This document shows, in pieces, positions 10,212 through 20,427 of a stretch of 64,000 nt of DNA. The DNA is from Geopsychrobacteraceae bacterium. GTDB taxonomy: Bacteria > Desulfobacterota > Desulfuromonadia > Desulfuromonadales > Geopsychrobacteraceae. A program made the position numbers and the translations under genes. The first letter of the stretch is position 1; each line of letters opens with the position of its first letter. Under the pieces are notes generated by a model that was given only the letters and a program-made list of their open reading frames with translations, was not told where the DNA came from and did not search any database. The stretch is from positions 224,001-288,000 of the forward strand of contig CAXXTB010000001.1 in NCBI GenBank assembly GCA_963676795.2, written 5' to 3'.

Positions 10212-11489
10212 TCAAGCGCATTCGCGCAGGGATTGTTCGAGGATATCCAAACCCTCTTCAAGCTGGGTCTCAGGGATTGTCAACGGGGCCAACAGGCGAA
10301 TGGTATTGGCGTAGATCCCGCAGGAAAGGAGGATCAGGCCGTTTTTCAGCGCACGGGCCGTGAGTCTCTTGATCAACTCGGGTGCAGGCGTGTGGCTACC
10401 ATGTTCGGCAACCAGCTCGAAGGCAACCATGGATCCCAAGCCCCGGATATCACCGATCGGAGCGGTGTCACGCTTCTGCTTTATCTGCTCAAGCCGCTCA
10501 ATCATTCTCGCCCCAAGCCTCTGGCTCCGCTCGCAAAGTTGTTCTTCGGCGATAATATCGAGAACGGCATGAGCTGCGGCACAGCCTAACGGGCTACCGC
10601 CGTAGGTTCCACCCAGGCCACCGGGGCCGGGAGCATCCATGATTTCTGCTTTGCCGATAACGCCTGAGATCGGCAATCCGCCACCCAGAGCCTTGGCCAC
10701 TGAAATGAGGTCGGGCTGGACAGTAAAATGTTCAGTTGCGAACATCTTGCCGGTGCGGGCAAATCCGGTCTGGACTTCATCGCAGATCAGCAGGATGCCA
10801 TGCTTATCGCAGATCTGGCGCAGAGCGAGCATGAATTCCTGGGGAGCGATGTAGAATCCGCCCTCCCCCTGCACCGGTTCGAGGATGATAGCGGCAACCT
10901 GCTCCGCTTCGACATCAGCTTTGAACAGGTTTTCCAGGGCCTTCAAGCTGTCAGCAACTGAGATCCCATGATGGGCAATCGGAAACGGCAGATGATACAG
11001 GCCTGAAGGGAAAGGGCCGAAACCGGCTTTGTACGGGTGGACCTTGCCGGTCAGGCCCATCGTAAGCAGCGAACGACCATGGAAACCACCAACAAAAGAG
11101 ACAACCGCCGAGCGCCCTGTGTAATAACGGGCAATCTTGATGGTATTTTCGACCGCTTCGGAACCGGTGGTCATGAGAACGGTTTTCGCGTTGTCGATCG
11201 GGGCCAGGGCGTTGAGACGCTCGGCCAACGAGACATAGCTTTCATAAGGCGCGACCTGAAATGCCGTATGGGTAAAAGCCTGACATTGCTCGGCAACGGA
11301 AGCCATTACCCTGGGATGTCGGTGCCCTGTGTTGCACACGGCGATTCCGGCGGCAAAATCGAGATAGCGTTTCCCTTCGGCATCCCAGAGTTCAGCATTT
11401 TCAGCTTTGACCGCAAAGAGAGGAGTTGCAGAGGCAACGCCACGGGCAACCGCCAGATTCCGGCGTTCCATTAACTCAGAATTTGTCAT
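10212..11489 (-). CDS. gabT: 4-aminobutyrate-2-oxoglutarate transaminase
   Basis: Class III aminotransferase (LDFAAGIAV, EPVQGEGG, DEVQTGFARTG, PGGLGGTYGG); start at MTNSEL. Confidence 0.9.
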   Translation of the reverse strand: MTNSELMERRNLAVARGVASATPLFAVKAENAELWDAEGKRYLDFAAGIAVCNTGHRHPRVMASVAEQCQAFTHTAFQVAPYESYVSLAERLNALAPIDNAKTVLMTTGSEAVENTIKIARYYTGRSAVVSFVGGFHGRSLLTMGLTGKVHPYKAGFGPFPSGLYHLPFPIAHHGISVADSLKALENLFKADVEAEQVAAIILEPVQGEGGFYIAPQEFMLALRQICDKHGILLICDEVQTGFARTGKMFATEHFTVQPDLISVAKALGGGLPISGVIGKAEIMDAPGPGGLGGTYGGSPLGCAAAHAVLDIIAEEQLCERSQRLGARMIERLEQIKQKRDTAPIGDIRGLGSMVAFELVAEHGSHTPAPELIKRLTARALKNGLILLSCGIYANTIRLLAPLTIPETQLEEGLDILEQSLRECA

Positions 11490-11606
11490 AATGACTCCAC
11501 AAATGACGTACCTAGACGTTCTAGTGTTGCTAAACAAAGCCAGGACCCTTTCATGGTCCTAGCCTCTTCGTTCTGTATATTCCTGCTTTGATCTGACCAG
11601 GGAGAC

Positions 11607-12473
11607 TCAGGCCGGTTTCCATCTCTGAGGCTCAATCCTCCCGGAATAGACCGGCAATTCCAGAGGCTCATCGGTCTCGTTAAATTGCGACCACATCCGG
11701 TTCAATCCGGCGGTCCCATAGGTCCGGACGCGCTCAACCTCATCCAGATTCAGAACATCGGTCATACAAGCCGGCGCTTCGCTGGGCAGTTGAACACGGA
11801 CATGCCCCTCCGGGTCAACGATCAGGCTTTGGCCTGTTCCGGCCGGGGCAGCGGCATTGGCACTCACAATATAAACCTGATTGGTTATCGCATTGGCTCT
11901 GATCAGGATCTGCTCCTGAGCCCGGTCGCAGGTGGAGGTCTGGGCCTGATTAATAATCACCTCAGCGCCCATCCAGGCCAGTTGCCTGCAAACTTCGGGA
12001 AACCAGATGTCGTAACAGATCGCCAAGCCGACACGGCCAACACCAGGAACATCAAACACTGTGAATGATTTTCCCGGCTTGTAGGGCTCAAAAGGACGCC
12101 AGGGGAAACACTTGCGATAGCTGGCCACCAGTTCTCCATCAGGAGAAAACACCGGAGCCGTGTTATACAGATGACCGTCCTCGCCGCGTTCACAGAGGGT
12201 TCCCGGCAACAACCAGATTCCCAGTTTGCGGGCTATTTCCTTGAGCTGACTCACTCTCGGCCCGCTCATCGGCTGAGCCGCCTGCTGACATTGCTCCGCT
12301 CTCTGCTGCGGTGTCCCGTAAGCGCCGCAAAGGTGGATCTCCGGATAGACAACCATCCTGGTATTGCCGAAATCTGCCATGAGATCGGCAACCTCGTCGG
12401 CAAAATCCTGCAGATCGTCAGCGGGAGGGAGTGAACTTTGCTGGGCAACAAGAATGGGTAATACGCGTGACAT
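11607..12473 (-). CDS. Carbon-nitrogen hydrolase (nitrilase superfamily amidase)
   Basis: Catalytic E-K-C motifs: YPE, YRK, ICYD. Confidence 0.88.
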   Translation of the reverse strand: MSRVLPILVAQQSSLPPADDLQDFADEVADLMADFGNTRMVVYPEIHLCGAYGTPQQRAEQCQQAAQPMSGPRVSQLKEIARKLGIWLLPGTLCERGEDGHLYNTAPVFSPDGELVASYRKCFPWRPFEPYKPGKSFTVFDVPGVGRVGLAICYDIWFPEVCRQLAWMGAEVIINQAQTSTCDRAQEQILIRANAITNQVYIVSANAAAPAGTGQSLIVDPEGHVRVQLPSEAPACMTDVLNLDEVERVRTYGTAGLNRMWSQFNETDEPLELPVYSGRIEPQRWKPA

Positions 12474-12483
12474 AGCTCTTCCC

Positions 12484-13866
12484 TTACCTTAAGGCCTGGG
12501 CCGAAACTTCGGATTCTGCCGGAATGGCATGCTCTTCGTCGAAATCGACCTCAGGTGGGGCCTGCTTGAACCACCTGGTCAGATAGGCCAGATAGATCAG
12601 GCCGATAACCATCCATGAGCAGCCGAGATAAAAGGCGTTGATATCGAGCTTTGACAACAGCCAGAGATTGAAAACCGCACCGATGAGGGGAATGATGACC
12701 CCTTTGATAAAACCACACTCTTTTCTCGCTTCGGCATCCCGGTAAAAAAGGAAAACGACAGAAAGGTTGACCATCGTGAAGGCGACAAAAGCGCCGAAAT
12801 TGATAAAGGAGGCGGCCGACAAAACATCGAGGAACAGGGCAATAACGCCGACGATACCAGTCAGGATGATGCTGAAAACCGGGGTGTGAAAACGAGAGTG
12901 AAGATAACCGAAGATGGATTTCGGCAGGACCGAATCGCGCCCCATGGCAAACAACAATCTTGAAGCACTGGCCTGGGCCGCGATACCGGAGGTAAATTGC
13001 GCCAGGACCATCCCGGCCAGGAAGATCGCAGCAAAAAGATCTTGGCCAATAACTTTGGCAATCTCGAAGGCCGCAGAATCGGCATCGTTAAACAGGAATC
13101 CGGGATGGACGAGCTGGGTGGTATAGCCGACCAAGGTATAGATGGCACCGCCGATTACCGCCGTTAAAATAATCGCCTTCGGAATGGTTCTTTTCGCGTT
13201 GATAGTCTCTTCGGTCAGGGTTGTGACGGCGTCAAATCCCAGAAAGGAGTAGGCTGCAACTGCCGCGCCGGCAGCGATCGTGGCAAAACTCGATTCCGTG
13301 TTGAAGAAAGGAGCCATGCTGAAGAGGGCATTGGCTCCGCCCTGGCCAAGCAGATGGCGCAGCGACAAGCCAACGAAAAAGACAATGACCAACACTTGAA
13401 AAACCATCAGTAATGAATTGACTTTGGCGGCCAGTTTAATTCCGAAGATGTTCAGAACAGTGGTGACAAGAATGAAGCCGAGCAGAAAGACCCAGCTCGG
13501 AACACCCGGAAACTGGGCATTCAGGTAAGCGGCACCGATCAGCCAGATGACCATGGGAAGAAAGAAATAATCGAGCAGAATGCCCCAGCCAACCATAAAC
13601 CCCAGCCGCGAATCGATTGATTTGCGGACATAGGTATAGGCCGATCCGGCGACAGGAAATTTATTGGCCATCACACCGTAACTGCAGGCAGTAAAAAGCA
13701 TGGCCACCGTGGTAATGATATAGGCTGTCGGCACCGCCCCTCTGGTTGTGCTGGCGACAACACCAAAAGTACCGAGAACAATCAGCGGGGTCATATAGGC
13801 CAGGCCGAACAGAACGACGGCTTTTAAACTGAGGGTTCGTTCAAGCTTAATGGGTTGTTCAGACAT
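12484..13866 (-). CDS. APC family permease (PuuP/PlaP-like)
   Basis: VLFGLAYMTP, AGSAYTY, FLGFDAVTTLTEE, SRLLFAMGRD. Confidence 0.88.
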   Translation of the reverse strand: MSEQPIKLERTLSLKAVVLFGLAYMTPLIVLGTFGVVASTTRGAVPTAYIITTVAMLFTACSYGVMANKFPVAGSAYTYVRKSIDSRLGFMVGWGILLDYFFLPMVIWLIGAAYLNAQFPGVPSWVFLLGFILVTTVLNIFGIKLAAKVNSLLMVFQVLVIVFFVGLSLRHLLGQGGANALFSMAPFFNTESSFATIAAGAAVAAYSFLGFDAVTTLTEETINAKRTIPKAIILTAVIGGAIYTLVGYTTQLVHPGFLFNDADSAAFEIAKVIGQDLFAAIFLAGMVLAQFTSGIAAQASASRLLFAMGRDSVLPKSIFGYLHSRFHTPVFSIILTGIVGVIALFLDVLSAASFINFGAFVAFTMVNLSVVFLFYRDAEARKECGFIKGVIIPLIGAVFNLWLLSKLDINAFYLGCSWMVIGLIYLAYLTRWFKQAPPEVDFDEEHAIPAESEVSAQALR

Positions 13867-14175
13867 AAAAGATTCCTTCCGATTAATAGTTTAGCAAGAG
13901 TCAAGAAAATCGCTGGGTCACTGATGGGAACAGTCATTGAGGATGATTTTCTTTTGCTTTCCAAAAGCCCAACCGGGCTCTTGTCCCAAGCAGAAAAAGG
14001 CGACTTTGCCGAAATGCTTAACAGGATGGCTTCTTTGCCTAAAAATATGACGGGATGGCGACTTTGCCGGAACAACAGCGGTCAGGATGACAGATCAATC
14101 GACCAAGAAAAATATCGCACTTGCATACCCCTTGAATCGTGGATAAATAATAGGTATTCCATTGGGAGGAGTATA

Positions 14176-14191
14176 TAACCCCAGGGGGGTA
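14176..14191. promoter_or_regulatory. Candidate palindromic operator between divergent permease and LuxR genes
   Basis: TAACCCCAGGGGGGTA imperfect palindrome. Confidence 0.3.
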
Positions 14192-14223
14192 TCTCTATTG
14201 CTGTTGCCAGAGAGGATTATCAG

Positions 14224-15039
14224 GTGGAAAAAAAGACATCGACAATGCTGAGAGACAGGGCATTGGCCAATACGATTAAAGCTCTTGGAACTGCTCGTTT
14301 TACCGTGGAATTTTCGAAATTCTTACGAACTCTGAGCGATTTCGACAACCTGATTATTATCGTCTATTGCGGGGAGCAGAACCCTCGTGTTCTTTATCGG
14401 GAATGTATCGATCCGGTGGTTTATATGCCGATGGATAGAGAATATCTGACCAGCGCTTACCTTTTGGACCCCTTTTACCTGGAACATCTGAAAGGTGACA
14501 ATTCCGGGCTTAAACGGCTGCTCGATATTGCTCCCGATCTGTTCAGACGCTCGACTTACTATAATATTTATTATGAGCAGACAACCCTGATTGATGAGAT
14601 AGCGATTTTCGCCAGTATTGGAGAACAGACGACGATAACCGCCTGCATCGGTAAAGACAGGAGCAGCGGGGTGGCCTTTTCTCCCCGCAACCGAAAAGCT
14701 CTAAAATCCTATGAATCGGTGCTTTGTTCATTGATCAAGGCGCAGTGGAAAAATTTTCGTTTAGAAACTGAATCCCGTAATAGCGAAATTCCTCTTTCTG
14801 AACGGCTTAGGGAAAAGCTTCTCTCCGAACAAAATATAAAACTCAGCCCTCGTCAGGGAGAGATCGCCCTGTATATTCTTCGCGGGCATTCGTCCATTTC
14901 TATTGGTTTGAATCTTGGAATCAGCCCCGAAACAGTAAAAGTCTTTCGCCGTCAGCTCTATACAAAGTGCCATATTTCATCTCAGGCTGAATTATTCTCG
15001 AAGCTTATGCCATTGATATCCAGGCTGACGGAACAATGA
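14224..15039 (+). CDS. LuxR C-terminal HTH transcriptional regulator
   Basis: LSPRQGEIALYILRGHSSISIGLNLGISPETVKVFRRQLYTK. Confidence 0.88.
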   Translation: MEKKTSTMLRDRALANTIKALGTARFTVEFSKFLRTLSDFDNLIIIVYCGEQNPRVLYRECIDPVVYMPMDREYLTSAYLLDPFYLEHLKGDNSGLKRLLDIAPDLFRRSTYYNIYYEQTTLIDEIAIFASIGEQTTITACIGKDRSSGVAFSPRNRKALKSYESVLCSLIKAQWKNFRLETESRNSEIPLSERLREKLLSEQNIKLSPRQGEIALYILRGHSSISIGLNLGISPETVKVFRRQLYTKCHISSQAELFSKLMPLISRLTEQ

Positions 15040-15045
15040 TCACTC

Positions 15046-15082
15046 TTGACATTCTCCATCTATTTGGCGATATTGCCAAATA
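15046..15082 (+). promoter_or_regulatory. Promoter with ArsR-type operator palindrome
   Basis: TTGACA at 15046 and palindrome TATTTGGCGATATTGCCAAATA (15061-15082); a similar box at 15440-15460. Confidence 0.65.
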
Positions 15083-15083
15083 G

Positions 15084-15422
15084 ATGGAGAATGTCATGTA
15101 CAGCACCCACAAACCACAACTAGAAGCCCGCGCCAGGGTTCTAAAAGCCCTTGCTCACCCGACCCGCCTGTTTATCGTCGAACAGCTGGAAAAAGAGGAG
15201 ATCTGCGTCTGCGATCTGACCGCTATGATCGGTGCCGATATCTCGACCGTTTCCAAGCACCTCTCAGTCCTGAAGCAGGCCGGCATCCTCAGCGACAACA
15301 AACGCGGCAACCAGATCTTCTACCGCCTGAAGGTTCCCTGTATCCTCAACTTTTTCGGCTGTGTCGAAGCCGTTCTGAATCCGGAACAAGAAACCCTGCA
15401 GTGTATCGGTAGTGACTGTTAA
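15084..15422 (+). CDS. ArsR/SmtB family regulator
   Basis: KALAHPTRL, CVCDL, STVSKHLSVLK. Confidence 0.92.
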   Translation: MENVMYSTHKPQLEARARVLKALAHPTRLFIVEQLEKEEICVCDLTAMIGADISTVSKHLSVLKQAGILSDNKRGNQIFYRLKVPCILNFFGCVEAVLNPEQETLQCIGSDC

Positions 15423-15467
15423 ATATTTTTTTGCCATACTATTTGGCGATTTGGCCAAGAAGGAAAA

Positions 15468-16778
15468 TTGATGAACTGGAAAAAGGAATGGAAACCGCTC
15501 AGCTGGATTGTCATCGGCTTTTTTGTCTGCTTCTTTCTGCCGGTTGATCTGCCCCGTGCGCAGCAGGCCATTCTGGAGGCGCTTTACCTGGTCCGCTGGT
15601 ACGCCCGCGAACATGTCCTGCTCTGCCTGGTTCCGGCCTTCTTCATCGCCGGTGCGGTCGCCGTCTTCGTCAGCCAGGCGTCGGTCATGAAATACCTCGG
15701 CCCCAAGGCGAACAAACTGGTCGCCTACAGCATCGCCGCCGTCTCCGGTACCATCCTGGCCGTCTGCTCCTGCACCATATTGCCGCTTTTTGCCGGCATC
15801 TACCGGATGGGCGCCGGGCTGGGTCCGGCCTGCGCCTTCCTCTATTCGGGACCGGCCATCAACATCCTCGCCATTGTCCTGACCGCCCGCATTCTCGGCC
15901 CGGAGATGGGGATCGCCAGGGCCGTCGGCGCGATCATCTTCTCGGTCATCATCGGCCTGCTGATGCACCTCTTCTTCCGCCACGAAGAACAGCAGAAGAT
16001 TGCCGCCGCTCCGCCAATGATGGCCGATGAAGAAACCCGTCCATTGTGGCAGACCGCTCTCTACTTCGCGGTCATGATCGGTATCCTGGTCTTCGCCAAC
16101 TGGGGCAGAACCGAGCAGACCAGCGGCCTCTGGCACCTGATTTACAGCAGCAAATGGCTGATCACCGGTGCCTTGTCGATTATCTTAGCCCTGATGCTGG
16201 CCACCTGGTTCAGAGTCGGCTTTGTCCGCATCATCATCGGCGCTATTCCCGCGCTGCTGTTGGCCCTGCTCGTTCCCCAACACCCGGAACTCGCATTCAG
16301 TCTCGGCGTTCTCGCCCTGTCGCTGATCAGCAACCTGAAAGACACCCGTGAGAGCGAGATGGGACAGTGGTTCGAGGAAAGCTGGAGCTTTGCCAGAAAG
16401 ATCCTGCCGCTGCTGCTGATCGGCGTCTTCATCGCCGGGATTCTGCTCGGCCGACCTGGCCATGAGGGGCTGATTCCTTCGGCCTGGGTCGCCACCCTGG
16501 TCGGCGGAAATTCCCTCGGCGCCAACCTGTTTGCCTCGGTCTTCGGCGCCTTCATGTATTTCGCCACCCTGACCGAGGTGCCGATCCTCCAGGGGCTGAT
16601 CGGCGCCGGGATGGGCAAGGGACCGGCCCTGGCCCTGCTGCTCGCCGGCCCGGCCTTGAGTCTGCCCAACATGCTGGTCATCCGCAGCGTCATGGGGACG
16701 AAAAAAACCGTCGTTTTCGTTGTGCTGGTGATGGTCATGGCAACCATCAGTGGCCTGATCTACGGAACGTTTTTCTAA
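15468..16778 (+). CDS. ArsP/DUF318 family permease
   Basis: AVCSCTILPLF and YFATLTEVP motifs; in ArsR operon. Confidence 0.85.
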   Translation: MMNWKKEWKPLSWIVIGFFVCFFLPVDLPRAQQAILEALYLVRWYAREHVLLCLVPAFFIAGAVAVFVSQASVMKYLGPKANKLVAYSIAAVSGTILAVCSCTILPLFAGIYRMGAGLGPACAFLYSGPAINILAIVLTARILGPEMGIARAVGAIIFSVIIGLLMHLFFRHEEQQKIAAAPPMMADEETRPLWQTALYFAVMIGILVFANWGRTEQTSGLWHLIYSSKWLITGALSIILALMLATWFRVGFVRIIIGAIPALLLALLVPQHPELAFSLGVLALSLISNLKDTRESEMGQWFEESWSFARKILPLLLIGVFIAGILLGRPGHEGLIPSAWVATLVGGNSLGANLFASVFGAFMYFATLTEVPILQGLIGAGMGKGPALALLLAGPALSLPNMLVIRSVMGTKKTVVFVVLVMVMATISGLIYGTFF

Positions 16779-16797
16779 ACTTATCAAGGAGACAGTC

Positions 16798-17031
16798 ATG
16801 AAAATTCAGATCCTCGGCACTGGTTGCGCCAAGTGCGAAAAGCTCGCCGAAAACGCCAAGCAGGCCGCTGACAACCTCGGCCTCGATTACCAGCTGGAAA
16901 AGGTCACCGACCTGAACCAGATCATGGCCTTCGGAGTCATGACCACCCCGGGTCTGGCCGTTGACGGCAAGGTCTTGAGTGTCGGTAAGGTGCCGAGCCA
17001 GGGGGACATCGAAAAGCTGCTGCAGGGGTAA
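16798..17031 (+). CDS. Small thioredoxin-like redox-active disulfide protein
   Basis: ILGTGCAKC, GVMTTPGLAVDG. Confidence 0.9.
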   Translation: MKIQILGTGCAKCEKLAENAKQAADNLGLDYQLEKVTDLNQIMAFGVMTTPGLAVDGKVLSVGKVPSQGDIEKLLQG

Positions 17032-17143
17032 CTGCTGTTAAATTGTGAAATGACCGTGACAACAGAGCGGAATCGGGATTAAATAGCAGCTCCGTCCGGC
17101 AACCCCGCCGGGCAGAACATCTTTATTTTTTGGAGTTGAATCA

Positions 17144-18016
17144 ATGCCCGATTTTGTTGTCACCCCCGAAGAAGCCGGTCTCACTATCGAAGCCTGGCTG
17201 CAGAAACGGATTCCCGCCGCACCAGCCGGTTACCTCAATCAGCTGCTGAAAAAAGGCAAGGTTTCCAACCGGCGTGGCAAGCTGACCCACGACGCGCTGG
17301 TCAGCGCGGGTGAAACGATCGTACTTCCGGACAGCCAGCGCCTGCAGGAGCTGATCCAGGGGGGAGCTGGCGATTGTACAGCGGTTGAGATCCTCTTTGA
17401 ATCGCGGGAGATCCTGATCGTCAACAAACCAGCCGGGCTGGCAATCCACAGCAGCAAGGGGCATGAAGGGGATAACCTGACCGACCGGATCAAGGCCCTG
17501 CTGGTCAGCCGTGGGGAACAGTTTCAGGTCGCTCCGGTTCAGCGGCTGGATCTCGAAACGTCGGGGCCGGTCATTTTCGGCAAAGGAAAAAAAGGCTGCG
17601 CAGAACTGGGCAAGCTGCTGATGGAGGGGAAAGTAAAGAAGACCTACCTGGCCCTGGTCAGCGGTAAACTCTCCGGCTCCGGCCATCTGGTCAGCGATAT
17701 CCCGAGTAAAGGCAAGGAAAAGACGGCCGAAACCCTCTACCACTGCCTTGGCAGCGCCCCCAAAGCCTCGCTGCTTGAAATCGACCTGCTCACCGGCCGC
17801 CAGCATCAGATCCGCCGCCAGCTGGCCGACGCAGGACATCCGCTGCTGGGCGACAAGCGCTATCACGGCCCCTGCCCCAAAGAGCTGCCACGTCTGTTTC
17901 TCCATTGCCGCCGCCTGCTCTTCCGTAATCCGTTCAGCGGTGAACAGATCGACGTCCAGACTCAGCTGCCGGACGAACTGACCGCCTATCTGGCCAGCCT
18001 GAAGTTGAAACTGTAA
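17144..18016 (+). CDS. RluA family pseudouridine synthase
   Basis: NKPAGL, QRLDLETSG, TGRQHQIR, HPLLGDKRY. Confidence 0.92.
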   Translation: MPDFVVTPEEAGLTIEAWLQKRIPAAPAGYLNQLLKKGKVSNRRGKLTHDALVSAGETIVLPDSQRLQELIQGGAGDCTAVEILFESREILIVNKPAGLAIHSSKGHEGDNLTDRIKALLVSRGEQFQVAPVQRLDLETSGPVIFGKGKKGCAELGKLLMEGKVKKTYLALVSGKLSGSGHLVSDIPSKGKEKTAETLYHCLGSAPKASLLEIDLLTGRQHQIRRQLADAGHPLLGDKRYHGPCPKELPRLFLHCRRLLFRNPFSGEQIDVQTQLPDELTAYLASLKLKL

Positions 18017-18078
18017 AGATACCTGTCTATTCTCAAAACTTCATTTAAATTCATTTTTTATTCTTGCACATCATTATT

Positions 18079-18184
18079 CCTTCTCCATGAGGAAGAAGGT
18101 GCCCGAAGGGCGGATGAGGGGGAAATTGTTCTGAAGAGCACCCCTCACCCGGTGCTACGCACCACCCTCTCCCCAAGGAGAGGG
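18079..18184. repeat. Inverted pair of CCCTC/GAGGG palindromic REP-like units
   Basis: CCTTCTCC..GAAGG..GAGGG facing CCCCTCACCC..CCCTCTCCCCAAGGAGAGGG between convergent genes. Confidence 0.55.
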
Positions 18185-18194
18185 TAGTAATTCA

Positions 18195-18821
18195 TTAACG
18201 GTTCAGCCGCTCAAGCTCCTGTTCCACCAGTGGCAGAATGCTACTGACGATCATCTCGATCCCGGCCGCCGTCGGATGGATGCCATCAGCCAGATTGAGT
18301 TCCGGCCGCCCGGCCACCCCGGCGAGAAAGAACGGATAGAGCGGCACCCCGAACTGTTCGGCGAGCTGCGGAAAAATCGGATCAAAGGCAGCGACATAGG
18401 CGGCCCCCAGGTAGGGAGGTGCCTTCATCCCCGCCAGAATGACCGGAATTCCGGCGCTCTGCATACGGCTCAGGATCGCTGCCAGATTGGCCTTGGCCTG
18501 CCGGACATCGAGCATCTGTAGCGCGTCGTTAGCCCCCAGCTCGACAATGGCAAGATCCGGCCTGCAGTGCAGAGCAGACTCAAGCCGCAACAAGCCATCT
18601 TCTGTCGTATCCCCTGAGACACCGGCATTGACCAGCCTGACCCGGTAACCTCTCATGCGCAGTTGCGCTTCGAGCTGAACCGGAAAGGCCTCATCTGCGG
18701 CCAGCCCATAACCGGCCGTCAGGCTGTCGCCCAGGGCAAGGATGGTCAGCGTTTTCTGCTGACAGCCGGAGACAACCCCGGCCAGCAAGGTTGGCAGTAG
18801 TATCAGTGACGAAAGAAACAT
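18195..18821 (-). CDS. tesA: GDSL arylesterase/acyl-CoA thioesterase I
   Basis: LGDSLTAGYG, NAGVSGDT, ELGAND, DGIHP. Confidence 0.85.
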   Translation of the reverse strand: MFLSSLILLPTLLAGVVSGCQQKTLTILALGDSLTAGYGLAADEAFPVQLEAQLRMRGYRVRLVNAGVSGDTTEDGLLRLESALHCRPDLAIVELGANDALQMLDVRQAKANLAAILSRMQSAGIPVILAGMKAPPYLGAAYVAAFDPIFPQLAEQFGVPLYPFFLAGVAGRPELNLADGIHPTAAGIEMIVSSILPLVEQELERLNR

Positions 18822-19008
18822 ATATCCTGATCCTGAAGTTATGCCCCCGTACGGCGGACGAATGGAAGAGACAAGGTCTGATCCGCAGTATCGTCCAGAG
18901 AGATCACACCTCCAAATGATTTTATGCTACAACATACAGAATTATCGTTCAGCTTGCTGTAATTCAGTCGCTATCGGCAAGAAATCTCCTATTTTTCAGG
19001 ACCTTTCA

Positions 19009-20280
19009 ATGAACAAGACCTTTAAAAGACGCCTGACTCCGATCCTGCTGATCATCATTCTGGCCCTCTTCGGCCTGACTTATTACAACAGTATCAAGGC
19101 CGAACAGCTGTTTCGCCAGCAACTGTCAGAGCTGAACCAGGAAGCAGGAATCACCATCAGCCTCGAAAGCTACCAGCGCCGTTTCTTTTCAGCGGAAGCG
19201 ACCACCTCGGCCCAGAATCCTCTGCTGGGAACCTTGCGTCTGCATCACCTGATCCGCCATTTTGCCTGGGGCGGCCAGATGGAGACAAGGCTGATCGAAG
19301 CCCCTCTGCTGGAACAGGCCTTTATAGCCCAGCCGCCCCTGACGGAATTCTCCCTGACCAGCAAGGCAGGCCTGACCGGACAGCTGAGCAACGTTCTGAG
19401 CATCCCGGAACTCCACCTGCAGAACGGGACTCTGGCGCTGAACATTGAAAATGCCGACGCCAGCTGGCACAAGAAACTTGACCAGCCGGGCCAGTTTGCA
19501 CTGAGTGCCGACGCATTTGACGTTCAGCACGGCGACGAACAGTTCAAGCTGCAGCAGCTTGAGATTTCGGCAACAGCGGCAGATAACTTCCGATCTACTT
19601 CGACACTGACCACGGCGGCACTGTCTCTGGCCGATGCTGAGCAGAAACTCATACAAGCAGGATCTCTGGCAGCAACTACCTCAACAGAGCTGATCGACGG
19701 CAAAATGGTTCAGAACTCCGAACTGACAGTGCAACAGATCGACCTGCTGGGTGAGCAATTTGACAATGCCCGGCTCGATATGACCCTCAGTGCTATCGAT
19801 CCAGAACTGCTTGCACAGATCCAGGGAGCCTTACATCAACTGCAACGTCAGGCCCTGCTCGGCCAGGAACAGGGGTTTGAGTCACAGATGCAACTGCTAG
19901 GCCTTTACATGCAGCTGATTCATTCCGGCGTAACCCTGGAGGTCAACGACCTCTCCCTGCAGCAGCAGGACTCTGACTTCGCGGCCCGGGGACACCTCAA
20001 ACTGCCTGACAGTCAGAGCGATTTCAGCGGATTTTCCTTCGCCGCACTCGACATCGCCGTACAACTGGGCGTCGATCCGCAACTCTTCAAATCGGCCTGG
20101 TTCGCCCTCAATAGAGCCAGGCAGCAGGAGCAGAACAGGGCGGTCAGTGATGAACTGGCGGAACAGCTTCTGGGTGGACTGGAGCAGAAGGGGCTATTGA
20201 GCAAAAATCAGCAGGGGCGCTATAGTCTGGACTATCAGAAAAATGAAAACGGAACAATTCTGAACGGGAAAAGCTTATAA
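19009..20280 (+). CDS. YdgA/DUF945-like exported protein
   Basis: N-terminal TM, YQRRFFSAEA, C-terminal LNGK; start moved to MNKTF. Confidence 0.65.
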   Translation: MNKTFKRRLTPILLIIILALFGLTYYNSIKAEQLFRQQLSELNQEAGITISLESYQRRFFSAEATTSAQNPLLGTLRLHHLIRHFAWGGQMETRLIEAPLLEQAFIAQPPLTEFSLTSKAGLTGQLSNVLSIPELHLQNGTLALNIENADASWHKKLDQPGQFALSADAFDVQHGDEQFKLQQLEISATAADNFRSTSTLTTAALSLADAEQKLIQAGSLAATTSTELIDGKMVQNSELTVQQIDLLGEQFDNARLDMTLSAIDPELLAQIQGALHQLQRQALLGQEQGFESQMQLLGLYMQLIHSGVTLEVNDLSLQQQDSDFAARGHLKLPDSQSDFSGFSFAALDIAVQLGVDPQLFKSAWFALNRARQQEQNRAVSDELAEQLLGGLEQKGLLSKNQQGRYSLDYQKNENGTILNGKSL

Positions 20281-20427
20281 GCGGTAAAGGTCCCGAATGA
20301 GAAACGAGAAATTTTTTCCGTGGCAAGGCAATCCAAGGCTTACGCGGAGGCGTACATCGGTACGCCGCACAAGTAAGACAGCAGATTGACGCAACCACAG
20401 CGGAAAAGAGCCGTTTCCGGATAAAAA

